Assembly: GCA_002440225.1 (NCBI GenBank)
Contig: DJSH01000006.1
Span: 21,258-85,257, forward strand
Length of the DNA stretch: 64,000 bases
Source: Candidatus Segatella violae
Lineage (GTDB): Bacteria; Bacteroidota; Bacteroidia; Bacteroidales; Bacteroidaceae
Direction of reading: 5' to 3'
Below are positions 26,168 through 36,000 of this stretch, piece after piece. Under the pieces are notes generated by a model. The model was not told the DNA's origin. It searched no databases and worked only from the letters and a program-made list of their open reading frames with translations. The position numbers and the translations under genes were made by a program. The first letter of the stretch is position 1. Each line of letters opens with the position of its first letter.

Positions 26168-26923
26168 ATGTATATGAAAGCAATAATTGTGGACGATGAC
26201 AAGGTGGCTGGGATGAACCTAGAACAGCTGCTCAAGGAGAAATATCAGATGGATGTGGCTGGGGTGGCACTCAATGGGCTAGACGGACTCGCCCTGGTGA
26301 ACCAGCACCAACCTGACGTATTGTTTCTCGACGTCCAGTTGCCCGATATTTCGGGATTGGATTTCCTCGACCGCATCGCAGCCTTCACCCATGGCCAGTG
26401 CCGGGTGGTGATGTATACCGCCTACGACGAATTCATCTTGCCCGCCTTCCGCAAGAAAGCTTTCGACGTGTTGCTCAAACCCATCGACCCGGAGGAGCTC
26501 GCCACCATCATGAAACGACTTCAGGAAGCAGCGGTTCCCGTAGCGAAAGAATCCGAAACCGATGGCGTCCAGCGCAAGAAAGGTGGCAAGTTCTTGCTCT
26601 ACACCAACACCCTCGATTTCAAACTCATCGACAAGCGCGACATCGGTCTCTTCCAGTACAATCATGAGATGCGTTGCTGGGAGGTCATCGTGGCTGGCAG
26701 CAAACAGCCCATCCGCCTGAAACGCTGTGTGAAGAGCGATGCCTTGGTGGAACTCGACGGTCAGTTTGTGCAAGTAAACCAGAAATTCATCATCAACATG
26801 GACTATCTGATAGAGGTGGTTGATAACGTATGCCATTTTTATCCCCCCTTCGACATGCTCGACTATGTGAAGGTGGGAAGACTCTTCAGAAAGAAGCTTA
26901 TCGACAGATTTTGTAGCCTTTAG
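26168..26923 (+). CDS. LytR/AlgR-family response regulator
   Basis: IVDDD, FLDVQLP, TAYDEF, LLKP receiver domain; C-terminal FVQVNQKFIIN LytTR-like segment. Confidence 0.85.
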   Translation: MYMKAIIVDDDKVAGMNLEQLLKEKYQMDVAGVALNGLDGLALVNQHQPDVLFLDVQLPDISGLDFLDRIAAFTHGQCRVVMYTAYDEFILPAFRKKAFDVLLKPIDPEELATIMKRLQEAAVPVAKESETDGVQRKKGGKFLLYTNTLDFKLIDKRDIGLFQYNHEMRCWEVIVAGSKQPIRLKRCVKSDALVELDGQFVQVNQKFIINMDYLIEVVDNVCHFYPPFDMLDYVKVGRLFRKKLIDRFCSL

Positions 26924-27026
26924 TGGCTTTTTTAGTGATTTTTGTTTAAAAAATCGCTGATATGATAGCAAATTGCCAATTATTTATTACCTTTGCACTC
27001 GCAAACTTAATATAAATAATAAAAGA

Positions 27027-29216
27027 ATGGCTAATTTGAGATTTGAGGTTGTAGCCGAGGCCTTTAAGAAAAGACCTGTTGAGGTGGAGGTGCCTAAGGT
27101 GCGTCCTTCGGAGTACTTCGCCAAGTATGTATTCAACCGTCAGAAGATGTACAAGTATCTGCCATCCGATGTGTACGAGAAACTCATCGATGTGATAGAC
27201 AACGGTACTCGTCTGGATCGTTCCATTGCCGATGCCGTGGCTGCGGGCATGAAGCTTTGGGCTGAGGAAAACGGAGTAACTCACTACACGCACTGGTTCC
27301 AGCCATTGACCGAGGGCACTGCCGAGAAGCACGATGCTTTCGTAGAGCATGACGGAAAGGGTGGTATGATAGAGGAATTCTCTGGCAAGTTGCTCGTCCA
27401 GCAGGAACCTGATGCCAGCTCGTTCCCTAACGGCGGTATCCGCAACACTTTCGAGGCTCGTGGCTATTCTGCCTGGGACCCAACATCGCCTGTGTTCATC
27501 ATCGACGATACCCTTTGTATCCCTACCATCTTTATTTCTTACACCGGTGAGGCTTTGGACTATAAGGCTCCTTTGCTCCGTTCGCTCCATACTTTGAGCG
27601 AGGCGGCTACCGAAGTGTGCCACTATTTCTATCCTAACGTGAAGAAGGTGCAGACCAATCTCGGTTGGGAGCAGGAGTATTTTCTCGTGGACGAAAGCCT
27701 TTACTCAGCTCGCCCTGACTTGATGCTCACGGGTCGTACTCTCATGGGACACGACTCAGCAAAGAACCAGCAGATGGACGACCATTATTTCGGAACCATC
27801 CCTGAACGTGTGCAGGCATTCATGAAGGACCTTGAAATCCAAGCCCTCGAACTCGGCATTCCTTGCAAGACCCGCCATAACGAGGTGGCTCCTAACCAGT
27901 TTGAGTTGGCTCCTATCTATGAGGAGTGCAACCTCGCCGTAGACCATAACATGCTCTTGATGAGCCTCATGAAACGTGTGGCCCACAAGCATAGCTTCCG
28001 TGTGCTCTTGCACGAGAAGCCATTCGCTGGCGTGAACGGCTCGGGCAAGCACAACAACTGGAGTCTTTGCACCGATACCGGCGTGTTGCTCCATGCCGCA
28101 GGCAAGACCCCGGAGGACAACCTCCGTTTCGTGGTCTTCATCGTGGAGACCTTGATGGGCGTTTACAAGCACAACGGCCTCTTGAAGGCAAGCATCATGA
28201 GCGCTACCAATGCGCATCGACTCGGTGCCAACGAGGCACCACCTGCCATCATCTCTTCCTTCCTCGGCAAGCAGCTCACCGACCTGCTCAACCATATCGA
28301 GAAGGCTGACAAGGACGAACTCTTCGCCCTCGCTGGCAAGAAGGGAATGGAGCTGGACATCCCTGAGATTCCGGAGTTGATGATAGATAACACCGACCGC
28401 AACCGTACCTCTCCATTCGCCTTCACGGGCAATCGCTTCGAGTTCCGTGCCGTAGGTAGTGAGGCTAACTGCGCCTCTGCGCTCATCGTGCTCAACGCTG
28501 CCGTGGCTGAGGCACTCGAAAACTTCAAGGCTCGTGTGGATGCCTTGATAGCCAAGGGCGAGGACCAGACATCTGCTATTATAGATATTGTACGCGAGGA
28601 CATTAAGACTTGCAAGCCTATCCGCTTCGATGGCAACGGCTATAGCGACGAGTGGAAGGATGAGGCTAAGAAGCGTGGCTTGGACTGCGAGGCTTCCTGC
28701 CCAGTGGTGTTCGACCGCTACCTCGACAAGGAGAGCATCGAGATGTTTGCCAAGACCAACGTGATGAGCGAGAGCGAGCTCAAGGCTCGTAATGAGGTGA
28801 AGTGGGAGACCTATACAAAGAAAATTCAGATTGAGGCACGTGTGATGGGCGACCTCTCGATGAACCACATCATCCCAGTGGCTACCCACTACCAAAGCCG
28901 ACTGGCAAAGAACGTGGAAGGCATGATCAATATCTTCGGTGGCGAGGAAGGCAAGAAACTGACTGCCCGCAACGTGAAGATTATCAAGGAGATTGCCGAG
29001 CGCACCGAGACCATCGAACGTGGTGTGGAAGCACTCGTCAATGCCCGCAAGGTGGCCAACAAGATTGAGAGCGAACGCGAGAAGGCTGTGGCTTATCACG
29101 ATACGGTGGCTCCGAAGATGGAGGAAATCCGTTATCAGATAGACAAGCTCGAACTCCTCGTGGCTGACGAGCTTTGGACATTGCCAAAGTATCGTGAGCT
29201 TCTGTTCATCCGATAA
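27027..29216 (+). CDS. glnA: Glutamine synthetase type III
   Basis: THYTHWFQPLT, EPDASSFPNGG, HNEVAPNQFE, HEKPFAGVNGSGKHNNW, DRNRTSPFAFTGNRFEFR. ATG at 27027 lies downstream of a TACCTTTG -7 box. Confidence 0.95.
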   Translation: MANLRFEVVAEAFKKRPVEVEVPKVRPSEYFAKYVFNRQKMYKYLPSDVYEKLIDVIDNGTRLDRSIADAVAAGMKLWAEENGVTHYTHWFQPLTEGTAEKHDAFVEHDGKGGMIEEFSGKLLVQQEPDASSFPNGGIRNTFEARGYSAWDPTSPVFIIDDTLCIPTIFISYTGEALDYKAPLLRSLHTLSEAATEVCHYFYPNVKKVQTNLGWEQEYFLVDESLYSARPDLMLTGRTLMGHDSAKNQQMDDHYFGTIPERVQAFMKDLEIQALELGIPCKTRHNEVAPNQFELAPIYEECNLAVDHNMLLMSLMKRVAHKHSFRVLLHEKPFAGVNGSGKHNNWSLCTDTGVLLHAAGKTPEDNLRFVVFIVETLMGVYKHNGLLKASIMSATNAHRLGANEAPPAIISSFLGKQLTDLLNHIEKADKDELFALAGKKGMELDIPEIPELMIDNTDRNRTSPFAFTGNRFEFRAVGSEANCASALIVLNAAVAEALENFKARVDALIAKGEDQTSAIIDIVREDIKTCKPIRFDGNGYSDEWKDEAKKRGLDCEASCPVVFDRYLDKESIEMFAKTNVMSESELKARNEVKWETYTKKIQIEARVMGDLSMNHIIPVATHYQSRLAKNVEGMINIFGGEEGKKLTARNVKIIKEIAERTETIERGVEALVNARKVANKIESEREKAVAYHDTVAPKMEEIRYQIDKLELLVADELWTLPKYRELLFIR

Positions 29217-29281
29217 TGAAAATATGCTGATTTTTAGAAGATTAGTTGTGTTTTAGTTAATAATATATAAAAAAACACTTC

Positions 29282-29335
29282 TTGGACTGCAAGGTTACAC
29301 AGAATCAAATAAAAATGTGTAATTTTGCAGTCCGA
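29282..29335 (+). terminator. 20-bp hairpin after glnA overlapping the rplM -7 box
   Basis: Arms 29282-29301 and 29316-29335 pair fully when 3 G-U pairs are allowed; TAATTTTG at 29320-29327. Confidence 0.55.
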
Positions 29336-29440
29336 TTATTTCGGGGATACACTTAGAGTCCCCAGGATAGCGTGTGTTAATAGCACGTCCTGTGGCCGGG
29401 ATTTGCGGTTAGTGAATCACCTATCCAAAGTGAATAAAAA
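29332..29440 (+). promoter_or_regulatory. Structured rplM 5' leader (candidate L13-Bacteroidia ribosomal leader)
   Basis: GC-rich hairpins GGGGAT..GTCCCC and CAGGA..CGTG..CACG.TCCTG in an otherwise AT-rich UTR upstream of rplM. Confidence 0.5.
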
Positions 29441-29479
29441 GATTAAAAACGTTTTTTAGTAGTAAATTTAAATTTTAAA

Positions 29480-29941
29480 ATGGACACATTAAGTTTCAAG
29501 ACTATCTCCGTAAACAAGGAGACAGCTAAGAAAGAGTGGGTTGTAATCGACGCAACAGACCAGGTTGTTGGTCGCCTTTGCTCTAAGGTTGCTAAGTTGC
29601 TTCGTGGTAAGTACAAGCCAACTTTCACTCCACACGTAGACTGTGGTGACAACGTAATCATTATCAACGCCGCTAAGGTGGTATTCTCTGGTAAGAAGGA
29701 GACTGATAAGGTTTACACACGTTACACTGGTTATCCTGGTGGCCAGCGCTTCAATACTCCAGCTGAGTTGCGCAAGCGTCCTGATGGAATGGACAAGATC
29801 CTTCGTCACGCTATCAAGGGTATGTTGCCAAAGGGCCCTCTCGGACGTTCTTTGATGGACAACCTCTTCATCTATGATGGCACAGAGCACAAGCACGAGG
29901 CTCAGAAGCCAAAGGCTATTGATATTAACCAGTATAAATAA
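29480..29941 (+). CDS. rplM: 50S ribosomal protein L13
   Basis: LRGKYKPTFTPHVDCGDNVIIINA, TGYPGG, GMLPKGPLGR. Confidence 0.99.
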   Translation: MDTLSFKTISVNKETAKKEWVVIDATDQVVGRLCSKVAKLLRGKYKPTFTPHVDCGDNVIIINAAKVVFSGKKETDKVYTRYTGYPGGQRFNTPAELRKRPDGMDKILRHAIKGMLPKGPLGRSLMDNLFIYDGTEHKHEAQKPKAIDINQYK

Positions 29942-29952
29942 TTAAGGTAAGA

Positions 29953-30339
29953 ATGGAAGTAATTAATGCAATTGGTCGCCGTAAGAGCGCTGTAGCTCGT
30001 GTTTACCTCACAGAGGGTACCGGTAAGATCACAATCAACAAGAAAGATATTGAGACATATTTCCCATCAGCAATCCTTCGCTATGTAGTAAAGCAGCCAT
30101 TGCAGTTGCTCGAAGCTGAGGGTAAGTATGATATTAAGGCAAACCTCGACGGTGGCGGTTTCACCGGTCAGAGCCAGGCTCTTCGCCTCGCTATCGCTCG
30201 CGCACTCGTTAAGATCGACGCTGAGGACAAGAAGGTATTGAAGGACGCAGGCTTCATGACACGTGACTCACGTGCTGTAGAGCGTAAGAAGCCAGGTCAG
30301 CCAAAGGCTCGTCGTCGCTTCCAGTTCAGCAAGCGTTAA
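29953..30339 (+). CDS. rpsI: 30S ribosomal protein S9
   Basis: GRRKSAVARV, GGGFTGQ, ERKKPGQPKARRRFQFSKR. Confidence 0.99.
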   Translation: MEVINAIGRRKSAVARVYLTEGTGKITINKKDIETYFPSAILRYVVKQPLQLLEAEGKYDIKANLDGGGFTGQSQALRLAIARALVKIDAEDKKVLKDAGFMTRDSRAVERKKPGQPKARRRFQFSKR

Positions 30340-30493
30340 TCTATACATTATTATTATATTATAGGTTATATATAGCTGAACTAAGTTTAGTATCTAAATC
30401 GGTGAGATTCCAATAATCGGGGACTACCCACCGACTGATTCTAAATCGTTAGAATTAAAAAGAAAGTAAACACATTTAAACAAGAAAAAGAAA

Positions 30494-31264
30494 ATGTCAA
30501 GAACAAATTTTGACCAGTTACTTCAGGCAGGTTGCCACTTCGGACACCTCCGTCGCAAGTGGAACCCAGCAATGGCTCCTTACATCTTCATGGAGCGTAA
30601 CGGTATTCATATCATCGACCTCAACAAGACTGTCGCTAAGATCGACGAGGCTGCTGAGGAACTCAAGGCGATTGCTAAGGCGGGCAAGAAGATCCTGTTT
30701 GTCGCTACTAAAAAACAAGCTAAGGACGTAGTTGCCGAGAAGGCAGCTTCTGTAAATATGCCATACGTAAACGAGCGTTGGGCTGGTGGTATGCTCACCA
30801 ACTTCCCTACAATCCGCAAGGCAGTGAAGAAAATGACAAACATCGACAAGCTTTTGAACGATGGTACATTCTCTAACCTCTCTAAGCGCGAGTTGCTTCA
30901 GATTAGCCGCCAGCGTGCTAAGTTGGAGAAGAACCTCGGTTCTATCGCAGACTTGACTCGTCTCCCAAGCGCACTCTTCGTTGTAGACGTAATGAAGGAG
31001 CACATCGCTGTGAAGGAGGCTAACCGTCTTGGTATCCCTGTATTCGGTATCGTAGATACCAACTCTGATCCTAAGAATATCGACTACGTTATCCCAGCTA
31101 ACGATGACGCTAAGGACTCAGTAGAGGCTATCCTCGCTGCAGTTTGCGGTGCAATCGCTGAGGGTCTCGAGGAGCGCAAGGCTGAGAAGGCTGACGACAA
31201 GGCTGCCGCTGAGCAGAAGGACCAGCCTAAGAAGAAGGCTGCACGCAAGGAAGAGGCTGAGTAA
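30494..31264 (+). CDS. rpsB: 30S ribosomal protein S2
   Basis: AGCHFGH..WNPAM, RWAGGMLTN, DTNSDP, PANDD. Confidence 0.99.
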   Translation: MSRTNFDQLLQAGCHFGHLRRKWNPAMAPYIFMERNGIHIIDLNKTVAKIDEAAEELKAIAKAGKKILFVATKKQAKDVVAEKAASVNMPYVNERWAGGMLTNFPTIRKAVKKMTNIDKLLNDGTFSNLSKRELLQISRQRAKLEKNLGSIADLTRLPSALFVVDVMKEHIAVKEANRLGIPVFGIVDTNSDPKNIDYVIPANDDAKDSVEAILAAVCGAIAEGLEERKAEKADDKAAAEQKDQPKKKAARKEEAE

Positions 31265-31300
31265 TTTTGGTTTAACAATTTAAATAAAATAAATAAGATT

Positions 31301-32299
31301 ATGGCTGTTACAATAGCTGAGATCCAGAAGCTTCGTAAGATGACTGGTGCTGGTCTTGCAGACTGCAAGAAGGCCTTGACAGAGGCTGATGGTGATATCG
31401 AGAAGGCAATCGAGCTCGTTCGTGAGCGTGGTCTTGCTATCGCTGCTAAGCGTTCTGACCGTGAGACTTCTAATGGTTGCGTACTCGTTAAGAGTGCAAA
31501 TGGCTTCGCTGCAATGGTTGCCGTTAAGTGTGAAACTGACTTCGTTGCTGCTGGTAAGGACTTCATCGGCATGACCGAGGAAATCCTCGACGCTGCTATC
31601 GCTGCCAAGGCTGAGAGCCTCGACGAGGTTAAGAAGTTGGTTCTCGCTTCTGGTGATGACGCTGAGACTGCTGTTAAGCATCGCTCTGGTATCACTGGCG
31701 AGAAGATGGAGCTCGATGGCTACAACTTCTTGGAGGGTGACAACATCTCAGTTTACGACCACATGGGCAAGCACACATTGTGTACTATGGTTCAGCTCAA
31801 CGAGAACAACGAAGAGGCTGGCCACAAGGTAGCAATGCAGGTAGCTGCTATGCGTCCTGTAGCTCTCGACGAGTCTTCTGTTTCTGAGGATACTAAGAAG
31901 AAGGAGCTTGAGGTAGCTGTCGCTAAGACTAAGGAAGAGCTCGTAGAGAAGGCAGTGAACGCTGCTCTCAAGAAGGCTGGCATCAACCCAGCTCACGTTG
32001 ACTCTGAGGATCACATCGAGAGCAACACCAAGAAGGGTTGGTTGACACCTGAGCAGGCTGAAGAGGCTCGCAATATCAAGAAGACTGTTGCTGAGGAGAA
32101 GGCTGCTTCTTTGAACGAGAACATGATCAACAACATTGCTAATGGTCGTTTGAACAAGTTCTTCAAGGAGAACTGCCTCGTAGACCAGGAGTTCCAGTTC
32201 GGCGATGGCGACAAGCAGACTGTTGCTCAGTATCTCGCTGCTCAGAGCAAGGATCTCAAGATCGTTGCTTACAAGCGCTTCACACTCGCTGCTGAGTAA
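31301..32299 (+). CDS. tsf: Elongation factor Ts
   Basis: LRKMTGAGLADCKKAL, CETDFVA, MQVAAM. Confidence 0.99.
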   Translation: MAVTIAEIQKLRKMTGAGLADCKKALTEADGDIEKAIELVRERGLAIAAKRSDRETSNGCVLVKSANGFAAMVAVKCETDFVAAGKDFIGMTEEILDAAIAAKAESLDEVKKLVLASGDDAETAVKHRSGITGEKMELDGYNFLEGDNISVYDHMGKHTLCTMVQLNENNEEAGHKVAMQVAAMRPVALDESSVSEDTKKKELEVAVAKTKEELVEKAVNAALKKAGINPAHVDSEDHIESNTKKGWLTPEQAEEARNIKKTVAEEKAASLNENMINNIANGRLNKFFKENCLVDQEFQFGDGDKQTVAQYLAAQSKDLKIVAYKRFTLAAE

Positions 32300-32358
32300 T
32301 CCTATCGTGGGATTCACGCAGACAGCTCAATTTGACTTATAGTTAAATTAGAATATCC

Positions 32359-32410
32359 GGGAGTTATGGAGTTAAAGCTTTGCTTTGCTTCTAACTCCCA
32401 TTTCTTTTTT
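32359..32410 (+). terminator. Terminator after tsf
   Basis: GGGAGTTA..GGAG / CTTC.TAACTCCC stem followed by a T-rich tail. Confidence 0.6.
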
Positions 32411-32436
32411 ATATCAACTTACCAACATATAGCTTT

Positions 32437-33054
32437 ATGAAGATATTCGCCATCGGTATGAACTATACCGAACACAATAAATCACTTCACGGAACGTTAT
32501 CTAAACCAGAGCGTCCCGTCATCTTCACCAAGGCCGACTCGGCGTTGCTCAACAACGGTAAGCCTTTCTTCATCCCCGACCATCTGGGCAGGATAGAGTA
32601 TGAGACTGAGGTCGTGGTGCGCATCTCCAAACTGGGCAAGACCATACCCGAGCGTTTTGCTCATCGCTACTACGACGCAGTGACCGTGGGCATCGATTTC
32701 ACTGCTCGCGAGATGCAGAAAAAACTGCGCGAGGCTGGTCAGCCATGGGAACTCGCCAAGGGTTTCGATGGTTCGGCTGCCATCGGAGAATGGGTTGACA
32801 TCCAGAAGTTCCGCGACATACAGGCCATCCATTTCCATCTCGACATCAACGGCAACACCGTGCAGGAGGGATGCACGAGCAACATGCTCTACAAGGTGGA
32901 TGAAATCATCTCTTACATCAGCCAGTATTTCACCCTCAAGACGGGCGATTTGCTCTATACGGGATGTCCTACGGGCTGTGGACCGGTAAAGATAGACGAC
33001 CACCTGGAGGGCTACCTCGAAGACAGAAAGGTGCTCGACTTTAACTGCAAGTAA
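32437..33054 (+). CDS. Fumarylacetoacetate hydrolase family protein
   Basis: IGMNYTEH, YETEVV, DFTAR, AKGFD, LKTGDLLYTGCPTG. Confidence 0.92.
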   Translation: MKIFAIGMNYTEHNKSLHGTLSKPERPVIFTKADSALLNNGKPFFIPDHLGRIEYETEVVVRISKLGKTIPERFAHRYYDAVTVGIDFTAREMQKKLREAGQPWELAKGFDGSAAIGEWVDIQKFRDIQAIHFHLDINGNTVQEGCTSNMLYKVDEIISYISQYFTLKTGDLLYTGCPTGCGPVKIDDHLEGYLEDRKVLDFNCK

Positions 33055-33065
33055 TCGTTTAGACA

Positions 33066-36000
33066 ATGACAAATAAGGTTTGGACATATATCTTGGCGGC
33101 ATTTCTCATGGTGCTCGCCTTGCCGATGCAGGCACAGAGATTCTTCAATTTGACCTCTGCCGAGGTCAGGGTAGACTCTGTGTTGCCTCATTTCGTGTAT
33201 TCCAAGCCTTTGCAAGGCGAGTGGCGAGACTCCATCTATACCGTGAGCCTGAAATATGCCGAGTATATAGATATGTCGCCACAAGATATCGCCAACTACA
33301 ATCGCCTGTCGGGGGCAGTTCTTCCCCGTCAGGTAGTTCTTCACCAACAGGTGAGCGAGTGCCGCAAGCAAGGTAGCCTGAGGGTAGATTTTTGCCCCTT
33401 GGTGTTCCGCGACAATCGCTATCAGATGTTGGTGAGCTTCATGCTCGATGTGAAGGTGCGTCCCCAGAAACGTGCCGAGCAAAATGCCCGTTTGCGTTCA
33501 ATGTCAAATGGCTCGTCTGCCTCTTCTGGCTACGCCGACCATTCGGTGTTGGCACAAGGCAGATGGGCTAAGATACAGGTGAGCGAGTCGGGCATCCACC
33601 AATTGACCGAGCAAGTGGTGCGTCAGGCAGGATTCTCTGATATTAATAAGGTGAGAATCTATGGTTATGGCGGCAACTTGCAGGCTGAGGCACTCTCTGC
33701 CAGTTACCTTACATCTACCGATGACCTGCACGAGGTGGAACAGTGCGTGATAGATGGTCGCCATTATTTCTATGCCAAGGGACCGGTGAGTTGGGACGAT
33801 AATACCTCAACCCAGCGCATCCGCAATCCTTATTCCAACTACGGTTGTTATTTCATCACGCAGAGCGATGAACAGTCCGCATCCATTGTGGATTCCACAG
33901 CATTCCTTGCTTCCTGCTATCCGCAGCCAGAAGACTATCATTTTCTCTACGAGCAGGATGGCTTCAGCTGGTATGATGGAGGACGCAACCTCTTCGACCT
34001 TACGGAAGTGAAGGTAGGCGAGGAGCAGCGAGTCATCGTAACCAACCATACGGGCGATGGACATGGATTGTTGTCGGTGGCAGTCACCTCAGGCAATGCC
34101 AGTACTGTGCAAATCAAAAGAAACGGCAAGTCACTGGGCACCATATCGCTCTCGTTGTCTGCCCAAAAGGGTGAAGATGCCTCTTACCTGCATGGTGTGG
34201 AGAAGGCCGCTACCTATTCCATCGACGATTTTCATCAGCAAGACACCATCACTATCCATACGTTGTCAGGCAGCCCTGTGCACCTCGACTATGTTTCGGT
34301 GACTTGGAACAAGCCTCGCAAGCCTTCAGCCTTGGATGCCCATGTTCCGGCGGCGCAATACGTTTATAACATCACCAATCAAGACCATCATGCCGATGAG
34401 ACTGCCGACCTGGTGATTATCATCCCAACCTCCCAGAAATTACTCAAGCAAGCGCAACGGCTCAAAGCCTTTCATGAAAGCCACGATGCCATGCGAGTCA
34501 ACATCGTGCCGGCGGATGAGCTCTACAATGAGTTCTCCAGCGGAACGCCCGATGTAAACGCTTATCGTCGCTATCTGCGTATGCTCTCAGATAAGGCTAC
34601 CACGGAGGCTGATGTCCCCAAGTATCTCTTGCTCTTTGGCGACTGCATGTGGGACAATCGTATGCTTACCCCCGCTTGTCGCAAGCTCCAGGCAGACGAC
34701 TATCTGCTCTGCCATGAGAGCGAGAATTCTTTCAGTTCGGTATCCTGCTATGTGAGCGATAGTTGGCTGGGCATCTTGGGCGAGGGGGCTGGTGCGCAAC
34801 CCGCTCGTGAATTGCAGGATGTGGCGGTGGGGCGATTCCCCGTTACCACAGTTTCTGAGGCTGAGATTTTGGTAGACAAGACCATCAACTATGCCACTAA
34901 CGCCAATGCGGGAGCCTGGCAGAACACCCTCATGTTCATGGGCGATGACGGCAACGACAATAAGCACATGATGGATGCCAATGAGGTAGCCGACGACGTT
35001 TCGACCCTTTATCCTGCCTATCTTGTGAAAAAAGTGATGTGGGATGCCTACCCCCGCGAGACTTCTTCGACGGGTAATACCTATCCGGAGGTGAGCGACA
35101 TCATCAAGCGCCAGCAAAGCAATGGTGCCCTCGTCATGGATTATGCCGGTCATGGCAGCAACACGCAACTCTCACATGAGGCGGTGCTGAAGCTTTCTGA
35201 TTTTGAGAATTTCCATAATACGAATCTTCCGCTCTGGGTGACAGCCTCGTGCGACATCATGCCTTTCGACGGAGTGAACGCAACCATCGGAGAAAGTGCG
35301 CTGCTCAATGCCAACGGCGGTGCAGTGGCTTTCTATGGTACAACGCGCACCGTCTACGCCCAGCAAAACAAATATATAAACCGTGCCTTCATGCGCCGAG
35401 TGCTCAGCATGGTAGATGGAAAGCCCATCACCATTGGCGAGGCGCATCGCTTGGCACAAAACGACGTGATGACGGGCGCTGTAAATTCAGCTGAGACAGA
35501 TGTCACGGTAAACCATCTGCAATATTCGTTGCTGGGCGACCCTGCTCTGGCACTCAACCTGCCCATGCAACAGGTAGTGGTAGACTCCATCAACGGCGTG
35601 CCTACTGACAAGGCCGATGCGCGGGCTGTGCTGAAGGCGGGCTCGGTGGCGAGAATAGCGGGGCATATAGAGGGGGGACAAGATGGCTTCCTGGGCGTAG
35701 TGACAGCCACGGTGAGAGATTCGAAAGAACAGATCACCTGTCGCCTCAATGACACCAGTGCCACGGGGGCTGAAGAGCCGTTCGTCTATACCGACCGCAC
35801 CAAGACGCTCTATGCGGGGGCTGACAGTGTGCGCCAAGGCAAGTTTGCCTTCTCCTTTGCTGTGCCCAAGGACATCAATTATTCTGGAGACACTGGTTTG
35901 ATGAACCTCTATGCCGTGAGCATCGACAAGAAAGTGCGGGCACATGGTGCTTGCGACCAGTTTGTCGTAGGCGGCAGTGAGGACGTGGTAACCGACTCCG

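Noticed and set aside
29282..29335. Invertible promoter
   Set aside because: Only 14 bp lie between the arms, the mismatches are G-U type, and no recombinase is nearby.
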